Assembly (NCBI GenBank): GCA_050613775.1
Contig: JBODTK010000146.1
Location: 186,001 to 250,000 of the forward strand
DNA: 64,000 nucleotides
Origin: Neocallimastix sp. 'constans'
Taxonomy: Eukaryota
Reading direction: 5' to 3'
The translations under genes and the position numbers were made by a program. Below the pieces are notes generated by a model, which was given only the letters and a program-made list of their open reading frames with translations, was not told the origin of the DNA and searched no databases. Each line of letters begins with the position of its first letter. The stretch's first letter is position 1. Shown in pieces: positions 1 through 22,689 of the stretch.

Positions 1-721
1 GATTATTTAAAATCATATATATTTTGCACATGAATAAAATAACCTAATAGAGAAAATTAATAAAAATTAACCTAGAAGAAGAAATTAACTGAAATATTGA
101 ATTTTAATCAATTATGAAATAATTTATATTATTTACTAATGAGTTTAAATGACTAGAATAATATAATTAGTCATAAACGAAATTCAATTTTAATACCTCA
201 AGATTGTAGTTTATCAAGTACACTGATAAACAATAATGAACAATTTATTTTAATAGTTATCGCTAAAACTACAAATCCAAAATATGTTAAAGTTAGCACT
301 AATCTATAAAATGTTGTATAATTAAAAGTGATGAAAATCCCAATATATAAGAGTTATTCAGTATTCACAAACTGAGACGGTATAATATCACCCTTAAGAA
401 AAAGGTTCCCATCATATAAAAGATACATATAAACTATATATTATATGAGATGTCTTAAATACATTTGATATTAATTATTTATTAATATTAAGTATATAGT
501 TTTAGGGGGGTATCATTAAATTACAAATATATTTAAAAATTATTTTAATGATATTTAGTCTAATTATCGAATTTATATAATTTTATTTTTGAAAAATTAA
601 AATTAGGTTATAATAATTTATAGTTTAATAATAGCAAGTATATAATATTATATAATACTATAATTTTATATTCAATTTATTAATTAATGAATAAGGGGTA
701 ATGATTATGTAAAAGAATCTA

Positions 722-766
722 GTGTATTTCGCAATGTGGCGTATTTCGTATATGGCTTGTTTTTAA

Positions 767-798
<32 letters not shown>

Positions 799-999
799 AA
801 ATATTCTTTTTATATATATATATATAATTTATTAATATTCAATTATAAAAATAATTTTTTATAATTCCTTTTAAATAGAATATATTATTATTTCTTTTAA
901 AATAATAATTATTTATATATTTATTTATGATTGTATAGAATATCTTAAAAATGTAGGGCTTTATTTAAAAATATATTTACGCCACATTGTGAAATATAC
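722..999. mobile_element. Candidate MITE (~280 bp non-coding element with 22-bp terminal inverted repeats)
   Basis: gtgtatttcgcaatgtggcgta (722-743) matches the reverse complement of tacgccacattgtgaaatatac (978-999) at 20/22 positions; AT-rich non-coding interior; atct lies 1 bp outside each end (possible target-site duplication). Confidence 0.5.
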
Positions 1000-1657
1000 G
1001 ATCTCTATATAAAATATATGAAATATGTGTAAAATGTATTTAAACTTAATGTGATATTTTAATATAAAAGCCACAATGTATAAATATATAATCATTTAGT
1101 TAGAATAAATTAAGTATAATTTTACATAATTATAAACCATAAAATACATAATAATTTTATTGTTCAAATATTCAAAATAAGAAAAAAAAATTTAATAATA
1201 GCTTAAAAAAAAAAACTCCAATTTATTAAGCTATTTTTTAAAAAAACAATAAAATATTTAATATTAATATTTTGACAATAAAGTATATTATTATATTATT
1301 ATTATATTATTATAATTGTATTATCCAATAATAGAGTTGAAATTATTGTGAATTTTTTTTTTATATGTCAAATTAATATCATATATCATATATTTTTAAA
1401 AAGGGTTTTGTGTATGTTAAAATTTGATAGATAGAAATTATACTATAATATAATATTTATATATTTTTTTATACTTTTTATTAAAATAAAAATTTTAATT
1501 AATAAATATTATTGTCATATATTAAATATATATTTAATATATACTTTTTACTATAAAATTGTAAAATGTGAAATGCATTTAAATTATACCCTATAATTTA
1601 TAATTTTTATATGTATAATATATGAATATAAAAGATAATTTGTTATAAATTTAAAAT

Positions 1658-4035
1658 ATGACTTCATTAGAAATTTCATTATCAAAGGAAATAATTTCAG
1701 ATCATTTTGGTCCAATAGTGGAGGTAATATATATTGTTTGTATGCTATTTAAATAATTATAAATTATTTTTTTTTTTTTTTTTTTTTTTTTAATCAATAT
1801 TATATTATTTTATTAAAATTTTAAATATATATAATAACTTTTTAATATTTTTATTGTAATAAAAAATAATAATTTGCATTAAACAGAAAGTATGTACATC
1901 ACTCATATCAAAAGGTCGATTATTAATTAGTCAACTTATAAATATTACAAAATTAACAAGACGTCAAATAGAGGAGGCTTTATTTATTTTAATTCAACAA
2001 AATATAGTAAAATATGCAGAGAAACCAAGAACTCAATTAAATTATTATTCAGTAGATATCAATGAAGTGTTAATGAGAATTCATTTTCCAATATTTATTA
2101 ATACTATTAAAGAAATTTTTGGAAAGGATGTAAAGCAATTTTTATTAGAATTTATGAATAAAATTAAATTAAAAAAAAAAAAAAGTTTTTTATATTGATT
2201 TCATATAATTACTGTTTTACTTTTATGTTTAAAATTATTTATTTTATTAAAAAAAAAAAAAAAAAAGGGTGAAGAAATTGCAAAATTATTGTTATTACAT
2301 GGAAGATTATCATTAACCTCACTTTTAACATATGTTGAAGGTAATATAAGCTAATATGGAATTATATATATTTAAGTGAAGAATATAGAAAATTTTATTT
2401 ATTTAAATATAATTCAACATATATAGATATAGATTCAATAAAAAATACTTTCTGTAGTATGGTTGCTGCAGGTTTTATTATTGCTGTTAGACCTGAAGAT
2501 TCAATATCAATGATTGATAAATTATTAGCAGAAGAAGATATTGAAGTTTCAAAGTTAGGTGCTTCTTTAAAGGCTAATGATGTTGGTAGAATTCGTGTTT
2601 CTTTAGCAGTTAGGGCTGAAAATGAATATGATAATAATGTAGCTACTGGAATGGTAAATTAAAAACAATAAAAAATAAATATGTTATATTTAAAATCATA
2701 ATTATAAATATAAAATTATATTTAATTATGATCTTTTAATTAAATTGTACTTTTTATATTTATTTTATATATAATGTAGAAAAGAAAAGCTATATCTAAT
2801 TATGATGATTATCCATCAAAAGTAACTAGTTGGATATGTATATATTTAATTATATATTTAAACTGAAATAATTTACTAATTTATATATATTTTTATATTT
2901 TAACATAATGAAAATTAAAAGAGTGTTTATAATTCAATTAATGATATTGATGTAAATAATATATATATTTAGAATAATATTGTTTTAAATATTATCATTT
3001 ATAATAGTTTATTTATTTTATTTTAATATTGTTTTATTTTATTATGTTTTTATTTTTATTTTTATTTTTTGTTTTGTTTTATTTTATTTTCTAGGAAAAT
3101 ATAATATCAAGATTAAATTATAATAAATTATTAGTTCATTGCAGAAATAAAGTAATTATATTGAAACATATAATAACTATAAATCATAATAATTTTCATA
3201 TATAAAGTAGTCACAAACTTATAATTTATTTTATTAACAATAACAAAAGTGTGTTATTAATTTAGTAAAGGAAAGATTAACACCTTCAGCTGCCGAATTA
3301 ATGAAAGAAATATTGAAAATATATACTGAAGAATTTAATGATTGTAAAAGAAATTCAGTTGCTGGTATATATATTATTTTACTGTTTTAATATATTTAAT
3401 TTAATTTCATTTATTATAATAATATGTATTTCTAATATGTATATATTAATAAAAAAAAAAATAAAATAAAATAAAATAAAATAAAATATAATTTTAAAGG
3501 ACCATTTTCAGCTGCACAACTTTCATATAAAATCCATGATATAAAGCTAAAAATTGATTATTCCAAGGGTGGTGGCAATAAAAATCCAATTGTTGATTAT
3601 TTAGAAACATATAGATTAGACTCAGTAAAATTTTTAACAAAAGATGTTGAAAGAGGCAATGGAGACTATTATTTAAATATCCTTTTATATTATTATTAAT
3701 TGTTTAATTATTCTATTTCATTATCATTTTAAAATAATATATATATATATTTATTAAACGATATACATAATGTTAATATTCTTAACTTGTTATTATTATT
3801 ATTATTATTTATATTTGTTTTGTTTTGCTTTGTTTTGCTTTAATTACATTTCAAGCAAATTAATAATCATATGAAAGTTGATCTAATTGGAAATACAATA
3901 AAGGAAAAGTATGGTAGTAATAGTATGAGACTTTGGAAAATTTTGTTAGATAAAGGAAAATTCGATGAAAAACAAGTAATTTGAAGTTTATATTAATATA
4001 CTATAATTTTATTAAAAATTAATTCTTCCTTAATA

Positions 4036-4066
<31 letters not shown>

Positions 4067-4610
4067 ATATTAATAACATCAATAATATTAATAATAAATA
4101 AATATATATATTTAAAGATTGCAAAAGTTGCGTTAGTATCACATGTTGAAGCTCGTAAATGTCTTTTTGAATTATTAAACGCTGGCTATACTTACTTACA
4201 AGTAATATATAATATTATAAATTATTTTTTAATAATTTAATATTATATATTTATATATTATATTTTATTTTGCATTAATGATATTTATATATTAGGAAAT
4301 TCCAAAAACTGTTGATAGAAATACTATGAGATCTACTTTTTTATGGTATACAGATATGAATAAGGCTGAAGAACAAATAATAAGTGAATGTTATAAGGTT
4401 TTAATTAATTTGAAAAAAAGAAGAAAATTAGAAACTGAAAAATTAAGTAAATTAATCGAAAAATCAGAAAGGGATGATGTAAAAAAGGATAAAAGTTTAT
4501 TAAACGAAGCAGAAATATACGCTTTAGAAGAATTAAAGAAAATTCTTAATCGAATTGATATATCAGAAGTTGGAATTGGAAAAATGTTATTAATATTAAA
4601 GGAGTTTTAA
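1658..4610 (+). CDS. RPC82: DNA-directed RNA polymerase III subunit RPC3 (RPC82/POLR3C), multi-exon
   Basis: Spliced translation MTSLEISLSKEIISDHFGPIVEKVCTSLISKGRL...ALFILIQQNIV...GEEIAKLLLLHGRL...KEKYGSNSMRLWKILLDKGKFDEKQ...YTYLQEIPKTVDRNTMRSTFLWY follows POLR3C/Rpc82 throughout; frame is kept across the GT-AG introns and one AT-AC intron; stop at 4608-4610. Confidence 0.9.
3677..3847 (+). other. U12-type (minor spliceosome) AT-AC intron in RPC3
   Basis: 5' end ATATCCTTTT, branch-site-like TTCTTAAC at 3779-3786, 3' end TAATTAC; removal gives in-frame GDYYL-N-FKQINNHMK. Confidence 0.85.
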
Positions 4611-5033
4611 TCTAAATAACAATAATATATTTCTAATATATTATATATTTAATTTTAGTATCATATAATTCAATAATATAATTAAAAAATTAATAGACTA
4701 TATTAATCGATATATCCTTTTTATTGTTAATATATATATATATATACATATTTTTTTTTTTTTTTTCTCTAATTTATTATAATTAACAAATTAATTATTT
4801 ATTTTTTATTAATTTTTTATATACTAATTTATTATTTTTATTTTTTATTTATTAATTGTTGAAGTGATAAAGTATAAGTATTTAAATATTTTAATTTAAA
4901 TAAAATAATAATTTTTATAAATCTATTATTTATATTATTGAAATTTTATGTTATTAATAAATATAACAATAATTTCGAGTTATTTTGAAAAAAAAAAAAA
5001 AATTAATGTTATCTTGATTTTTATTATAGTTAA

Positions 5034-5209
5034 TTATTTCAAAATTTCTTTGTCTTTATATGTAATATTAAATGATTTTTTAATTAAACTACTATCATAA
5101 TGTGGTGATAGATAATCACCTGGACCTGGTGATTTATTACTTTTATATTTGAATCTTTCTGCCTAAAAATTTATATAAATTAATATAATTTATTTATTCC
5201 GTTTAGTTT

Positions 5210-5255
<46 letters not shown>

Positions 5256-5568
5256 TTATTTAAATATTTTTATTTTTTATTTATTTATTTATTTATTTAT
5301 TTTATATAAAATGTATTAATTATATATTATTGATTTAATAATTATTTATTTGTTTATTTATTAATTTTTAATAATCTATGTTATTAATATATTATTACTT
5401 TTCCCATGAATGTATAATCATGCATTGGCGAATGAAAACTTTTCTTTTCAGGTAATGATAGGTCATATAAACCTGGTGGTAGACGATTATTATCTTATAA
5501 ATTTTAATTATTATATTAGACAATTTTGTGATTTAGCTTTTTATTAATTATTATTATTATTATTATTA

Positions 5569-5645
<77 letters not shown>

Positions 5646-6909
5646 ATATAATTTAACCTACTTATATTAAGATCATATCTTTCCTTTAATGTTAAACCAA
5701 TTTTACCATGTGATTTTAGCATATCAAATGCTTTACCTAGATCATAGATACCAGGTGAAGGATTTCCTTTATTTTTTATATTATATTTTGTATAATAATA
5801 ATATAATTATTATTAATATATATATTTTTATAGAATATTAATGTGAATTATTATGGTATTATTATAAAAATTATCAAAAAAATTTTTTTAAAATTTTACC
5901 ATTTTCACCATATTTAGAAAATCTATTATACTTAGAACCAAAACCAATTTTTAATGGTACATTAGTTGTATTGCTATTTGTATTTTTAGAAGTTCGGTTT
6001 GTACTTCTTTTATTTGACTCATTTTCATTTTTATTAGCCATTACTCCATATTTTAATTTACTTTTATAATTTATTACTGGTTTTTCTTTTTCTATTGGAA
6101 AAGTTTTATTGATACTATCATCAATATCTTTATATTGATTTAATTCAGGATATGGTAACTAAATAAAAAAAAAAATTAATGCTAACTATTTATTTATGTT
6201 TTTTTTTTATAAGTATTTAAATTTATATTCTTATTTACATTTTCAATTGTAGGAAATCTTTTTGAAGTAGCTCCAAAACCATATGTTTTTGTAGATGGTG
6301 CATTATGATATATTTTTGGGTCATAATCGATTTTCTGTTAATAAAAAATAATTAATAAAAATTTCATGTATTTATTCATACAATAAAATATAATTTAAAA
6401 TAATTATAATTTTTAATTGAAAAACAATTAATTAGATGAAATCTTTATAAATTAATATATTAATAAAATATAATATACAATATCATATTGTCCAGGTCCT
6501 GGTGTTAACTGATTTTTTGTACATTCTTTAAATCTATCTTCTTTTGAAAGTGTATTCTTTCCATTTGATATAGTTTTATATAGATAATCATCTTCTGAGA
6601 AATTTTGTTCAATATCATAAGTACCTGGTCCAGGTATACTTTTATCTTTAATATTCTTCTGATTGTTACAAAGTGTATTGATCGACTGGAATCTTTCTTC
6701 TTTTCCACCTTTTTATATTGAATTATATATATTTTAATTTTTAAATAAATATTTATTTAATATTAAAATTTCTTTTGCAATATTAAGGAAAAGATCATTA
6801 AATAGTATATAATAATATCTCAAAATACCAAAAAGAAATAAGTCTTTTTTTTTTGATGAGGAATTTGATAGAGAAACATCAACTTTATATGTTCCAGGTC
6901 CTGGTAAAT

Positions 6910-6952
<43 letters not shown>

Positions 6953-8588
6953 AATTTAAAAGTTATTTAAAAAATTAAATAATTTAAATATTTTTATTTA
7001 AATATAATAATTTAATCCATTTTACTTTTTTAATTTCCTGTTTATAAATAGCTTCACTAAATCTAATATTGGGTGCATATTTCATTAAAGCGGTAACTTT
7101 ATTTCCCTTTTTAATCCCATATGAATCAATGTTTTGTATTAAATTATATTGTCCTGGCCCGGGTATATCTTTATTAATTTTAAATGTTTCTCTTTCCTTT
7201 ACTCCATTACCAAATGAAAAACCTCCTCTATATACATTATTACTTTGTGTCACATTATTTTTTATATTATAATATGCCGGTCCAATCTTAATATTGATAC
7301 CAATTACAATATTATTATTTATTTTATTATTTAAATATTTAAATACTTAATTAATATATTTTTTTATTTTATATTATTATTTGTTATTTTAAATGTCATT
7401 ATATTTTGTTCTAAATATAAATTATATAAATAAAATTGATATATTACTGTATCGTCATTGGGTGGAGGCTTTCTTGGTACTATATCTCCATCTTTTAATA
7501 AAAATTATATATTAATATAATTATTAATTAATATTCTTAATAATTCAATAAATTCTAATAATTAATAAATCAAACATTAAAATATTAAAACATTAAATTC
7601 TTAACATAAAACCTTCATTTTCAACAAATCCATATGTAAAACTTTTGTAAGGAATACTAGGTGTTATAAATTTTTTTTTCCATACTAGATTGTGTTTTTC
7701 TAAGTTATTATTTTTTACTTTTTTTTCTTTACTTTTATTATTACTTTTTTTAGCTTTATTTTTAATCATCATTATTCCATCATCACTTTCTTCCTCTGAA
7801 TCTATTATTGAATTAATATATCTATTACAAATGTTTTCTTTCCCTTTACTGATATCATTTTCGTCATTAATTATATTTGGTACTGATATTGAATCAATTG
7901 TAGGCATATATGCAAAGCCAAAATTTGAATTCATTGCTATATGTCCAATTTTTGGACTTATTTTTTCTATCTTTTATAATTATATTTATATATATTACAT
8001 ATTATATACGTATATAAATTATTTTTATTTATTATATTAGTTTTTTAATATCATTTTCATATATATAGATATATTTAATTATTATAATAATAACTACTTC
8101 ATTTCCAATTTTTTGTCGAGTGTTATATGATGCGGGTCCAGGTGATTTATATTTTAGATTAGAAAAGCGATTACTTAGACCGAATGGAACATTTCGTCCT
8201 GCTTTCTCATTTGCTTTTAGTGTTGTATTGTATTCATTCGGTGATGGATTATTTTCTACTGATTCATTAAATAATGTTATTCTAGGTTGAAGTGAACTAA
8301 ATGGTGCAAATCTTTTGTATTAATATTAATATTATTATTATTTGTTTTTTATTATTTTTAATGAATTTCCATAAAATTTCCATAAATTTTATATGAATTA
8401 CTTAAATACATTATTCACATATTTATATAAAAATTATATATTAATTTACTTTAATATTATTTTATTATTATTTCATACCCTTGACTTTTTGAATTTTCAT
8501 ATTCCTTGAAATTTTGATATGTTGTTGGACCAATATTAGGATTGTTATATATACCAAAATTTATTATTCTTTCTGACCTTGTGTACAT
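5034..8588 (-). CDS. Sperm-tail PG-rich repeat (SHIPPO-repeat) protein, STPG2-like, multi-exon
   Basis: Spliced translation MYTRSERIINFGIYNNPNIGPTTY...GFAPFSSLQPR...PSIPYKSFTYGF...IGPAYY, repeated PGPGxY motifs (PGPASY, PGPGQY, PGPGTY, PGPGDY), ending SLIKKSFNITYKDKEILK*; GT-AG introns keep frame. Confidence 0.8.
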
Positions 8589-8714
8589 TTACCAACAAAA
8601 TATTTATTATTACTATTTTGTTATTGCTACTATATTATTACTTCTTAATTTTATAATATATCCTTTTTTTTTTTGTTTTGTTTTGTTTTTTCTTTTTAAA
8701 TATATTAATTAAAT

Positions 8715-8767
<53 letters not shown>

Positions 8768-9032
8768 CAAAAAAATATATTTATTAAACTTTAAAATGAA
8801 ATGTAAAATGCATTGGAAACAAAATCAAACGGAAATTTTAATTAATTTATATTTTGTATGATATATTACTTCTATATTATACATATTTAATTAAAAATGT
8901 ATAAAAATACAAAAAAAAAAGTTTAATTTTAAAAACTATAAAATAAATGAATTCTACAATTTAATTTATTTTAAAAAATTTTTTTAAATTATTAGATATA
9001 AGGAAAAAAAAAATTATAAAATATTACATAAC

Positions 9033-9063
<31 letters not shown>

Positions 9064-9177
9064 ACAATTAAAATTAATTTTTCTTACTTTATTATATTAT
9101 TTATTTATTTATTATCATTTTTTTATTAATTAATTATATGCCATTTTTTAATCTATTCATATATTTTAATATCTATT

Positions 9178-12275
<3,098 letters not shown>

Positions 12276-13169
12276 AATTATAATAATAATAATAGTTTTA
12301 GTATACTTTTTGTTCTATTCAATTTTTTATTATTTATAATAAATATTACTCATTAAAACCCAAATCTCGATTTTCAATATTATTAATTATGGACTTTTTT
12401 CCGAAAGTATTTATATACTTTGTTTTAAATATTACTTTCACAATACTATTTAAAAAATTATTATGTTTAATTTGGAGAAATAAAAATTTGTTAATTTGAT
12501 ATTTTTTAAAAAATATACATGAAATTAATAAATAAATAAAGTTAAAGCTCAAAATAAATGCGGTTATAAATAAAAATTAATAATTAAATTTTCAATAAAT
12601 TTTAAATTTCTATAAATCTTATTTTTAACACTTAATTTGGTAATAGCTAATATAACTAACACACTTTATAATGTTAAAAAACTAATTATATATACAATCC
12701 AATTCACAAAACTAAAAATTATTTTAACATATTGAAAATATTATATTATTTTACTATATATTATTATTATATATAATAAATAAATTTATTTATCATTGTT
12801 GCAATAATCTTATTACAACTTATTTGTTAGATCATAATAAATTATATATTTATGATTATAATGGATTACTCCTATTAATTACTATTTCTACATTTATAAC
12901 ATTATTATTGATTAAATACAAAACAAATTTAAAATAATTATATATTATTTGTCAATAAAATTTCTTATTAGTTTCATCATATAAAAATTAAATAGAACTA
13001 TTTAAATAACAACATTATGTAAATATTCTTACGAAATAATAAAGTAATATTTTAATAATTAATATAAGAAATCTATTTTTATTGATTGCTTTATTTTTGT
13101 AGGATTAACACATATTAATCTAATTACCTATTCCTTCCGTTGTATATAAGCATTTGCTGCTTATACTAT

Positions 13170-13947
13170 TTAATAATCTAAATTTGTATATATAACAAGA
13201 TAATCTATTTGAACAGCATTGGTTATCAGGTTTCTTTTAGTTAATGTATTTGAATTTATGCTTTCGTATACTTTGCGTACTAAATCATTAATAGAGAAAT
13301 CCAGAACAAACCAATGATTATGAAATTTTGTACTTCCTTTAATATAATATGATAAAAATCTGTTCATTTTATATGCTATCGATTGGATGCTATCTGAATT
13401 ATTAATAGCTTTGAGACTTACGGCTTTTATATTCATTAAATCATTAGTGAGAATATCTGAATTATTTGAATCATAGAAAGAATTAGTTATTTCATTATCC
13501 ATTATGTATTCAGTTTTATTAAAGAAAATTGGAATTTTGTGATTTTCCTGAAAATAAATTATAATTATCTTGAACAAGTACAACAAGTACATCTTCATTC
13601 CTGTTATGAATACGGATATAATATTTTTACTCTTCTTCATTAACAGAGTTTTGTTATTTTTTACAATCACTCACTTCTGGTATTTTCATTTCTTTGCCTA
13701 AACTATCTCTATTAGTATACTTCCAATTTCCAAAAACTACTTTACCCTTTATCTTACCAAATGTTGGAAATGGATCAGTTTCGTTATAAAAAATTTTATA
13801 ATATTTATAATATGATTTGGAAAATCTGTATCATCATTATTTAATATACTTGAATCAACAATTGCCTCGTATACATCTTTATATGAATCAAATCCATTCA
13901 TTTTAACCATAGTTATATATTCAAAATTAAAGAATTATAAAATTCAT
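13170..13947 (-). pseudogene. Degenerate fragment of a PI-PLC X-box / PLC-like phosphodiesterase
   Basis: FPTFGKIKGKVVF, VQDNYNL and IAYKMNRFLSYYI...FVLDFSINDLVRKVYES resemble the C-terminal half of bacterial-type PI-PLC; two in-frame TAA stops and a frameshift; N-terminal catalytic half not found. Confidence 0.5.
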
Positions 13948-14795
13948 TTTTTTATTAAAACTCAAATATGTTTAATAATTTTATTATAAATGTATATTTG
14001 TTTTTCTTTTTTTTTTTTTTTCCAAAATACTTTCAAACCTTTCACTCTCCTTTTTCAATAATATTACTTTTTCACTTTCTTTTTTCGTTGTTTTGTATTT
14101 TTTGGATAATTAATTTACATTAGTTCTTATGAGAAATTAACCTTTATTTTATATAAAAATTTTTACTTTTTATTGTTACTACTACAAAATTGAAATTTTT
14201 TATTTTTAAAATATATAAATTAATTAAATTGTGTAATATAATTTAGTATTAATTTTTAATTAATAAAATGTTATTATTAGTTTTCATTAATATTAAAACA
14301 TTTTTTCCTGGTTTAATAATAAATCATAATTCATATAAAAATACATTTTTCATATTTATATGTGAATATCTAGTTTTTCTTTTCAATAATTAATTTTTTC
14401 AAATGAAATTTTAATTCAATATTAATAATAATAGAAATTAAAGAAATAATAGACTAAAAGAAAAAAAAAGTATTTGTTTAAATATCTTATTAATCTCTTT
14501 AAATTTATCAAATTAATTATTACGGATTTTTAAAATTTTAATTAATGATATAATTATTACTATATTAATAAATCATATAAAGCGAAATTACCAAAATGGT
14601 ACATACAAATACAAATATAAGAAATTTTAAAATAACTTAATTTTCCAAAGATAATAAAATAAATATTTTTCATAAGTAATTAATATATACATTATAAATT
14701 TGTAACAACAATTTGTTAATGTAATATTCAATTATTTTGAAATCTAATTATATAATATAAATTTCATTTTTTTTTTAATCCTTAATTTAATAAAG

Positions 14796-20461
<5,666 letters not shown>

Positions 20462-21119
20462 ATGAGGCAATAGTATTGAAGCGAATAATATTGAAACGGA
20501 TAACCCATCATTTATTTAAATATATTTATTTAATTGTTTTTTAAAATCATAATAACTCTCAATTTTTAATAAAAATAAAAAAAAAATAAAAAAATTAAAA
20601 AAAGTTATGTATATATTCTAAATTCTTATACTTTTTTTTTTTATTTAAGTTATTTTGTAATATATATAAATCAAATAAAATCAAATAAACAAAAATACTT
20701 TTATGAATTTATCCATTTAATTAAGTATTCATATATTCATTTATTTATTATTTATTATTTATTTATTTATTATTTTTGTTTTATCATTAATTTACTTATT
20801 CATTTATTAATTAATTAATTATTTATTTATTTATTATTTATTTTTTTATTTATTATTTATTTAGATATTTATTTATTTATTTAGATATACATAAAAATAA
20901 TTAACAATATTTTATAGATAAGTAACAACAAAAGGTTAAGCTATTATTCAAAATATAATTAAAAAAATTGTTCATATTTAACAAATTGATTCATCAGCTC
21001 AAAAAAATCTTGAACATAAAAATTTCATATAATTAATATTAATTGAATTTAACAATATTCAATTAATGATTTTAATTTATATCATGTATTATATATTCAT
21101 ATATCATATTTTTCAAATA

Positions 21120-21159
<40 letters not shown>

Positions 21160-22078
21160 TGTTCTATGAAATGAAACTGAATATTTATCAAAAGATGCTA
21201 ATCATGCTCTCCCAACAATTGTGGGAAAATATTCATCATACTTTGATTAATTTTATGTTATGATAATACTTGTAAAATAGTATCACCAATTCAAAATTGT
21301 TGTTTATTGTTAAAAATTTAAGTAATTAAAGATGATTTAAAAAAAAAAAAATTTTTAGCTCTAAAAAATGAAATCATAATTAAAAGTATATTTATATAAT
21401 AATATATTATAAAATAATAAATATTAATATTATAAACTAGAATTTTAATATATTAAGTCAAGTAGTAAATAAAAAAGGAATAATAATATCCTAAATAATT
21501 GTATTTTCAAACAGAAATTTAAGAAAATTTTAGAAACAATTATTCAACAATATTCATTATCCAAAGACCAAATTGTCTTATTACCATATTAGGAGATTTT
21601 TATTAAAAATTTAATTTGATTCGCCAAAGAACTACCACCAGAAAGACAAATTAATAAGGTTCATTTTAATTTTAATAATATTATTACATATACATATATT
21701 ATTTTGTATTATTCATACATTTATATATATTATTAAATATAAAGTTTTAAAAGTTAGAAGAAAGCTTTTCGAACTTTAGTATATTGTATCCAAAATAATT
21801 ATAACTATTATTATATTTTTCTTTCTTTTTTTTTTTTTTTTTTTTTAATTCTTCAATACACATGCAATTTTGAAGTATTTTTTAATCTTTTAAAAATAAT
21901 TTAAAAATAGTGATAATTATATTAATAAAAAAGAAATTTAAATAGATTAAATTTAAATACAAACTGAATTTTTGAAACCATTTATTCATAAAAAATATTT
22001 AAAAAACATTAAAAGAATTAAATGGTATAAAATGAATATTACATAAATAGTTATTAATATTATAGTTTTCAATTAATA

Positions 22079-22117
<39 letters not shown>

Positions 22118-22689
22118 TTTTTATTTTTAATATATATAATTTTTAATTAAGATATTTCTTAATTAAAAATTATATATATTTTAATTCAGATATTTAATCC
22201 TTTTTGTAAATAAGTATTTTCAACTAAAAAGACCAATATTGCAAATTGATCCAAAAATATATTACAATCTTTTTTAATAAACAATATTATTAAAATAGAT
22301 ATATATATTTCTATAATATCTTTTTAGTATAAAGCCTAGGTCTAGATTCTGTCATCTATATTAAATCCTTGATTAAAGTAACAATTCTTAAGTATTATCT
22401 ACATTTGATATTTTGGTAACTTTTTAAAAAATCAGAATTTTTTCCATAAATTTTTAAGTTGATAAGACTCTCTTTTTTTTCCAACTTTTCATTAACCAAA
22501 TTTTTAATTTTATTCTATTCTTTTTCAATTTATTATAATATAAAATTTCTTTTAGTATGTAAAGTAGAATTATAATAATAATAAAAAATTGAATAAAACA
22601 ATTTTTATCCAATTAAATCTAAAATATTTACGAAATAAAATTTAAAATAAATATATTCTATTTATTTTTTAATAATTTTTGGTATTTAC

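Noticed and set aside
1..515. Coding-like debris ending in a purine run (ttaggggggta) reminiscent of a retroelement polypurine tract
   Set aside because: No convincing RT/RNase H motif or LTR pair visible.
4712..4722. Second ATATCCTTT (U12 donor-like)
   Set aside because: Lies in the RPC3 3' flank with no matching branch site/acceptor or coding constraint.
7069..8040. Plus-strand ORFs 7069..7272 and 7690..8040
   Set aside because: Antisense shadows of STPG2-like exons.
14779..14795. TCCTTAAT ~10 nt before an AG at the SPT16 start (U12 branch-like)
   Set aside because: No RTATCCTT donor found upstream.
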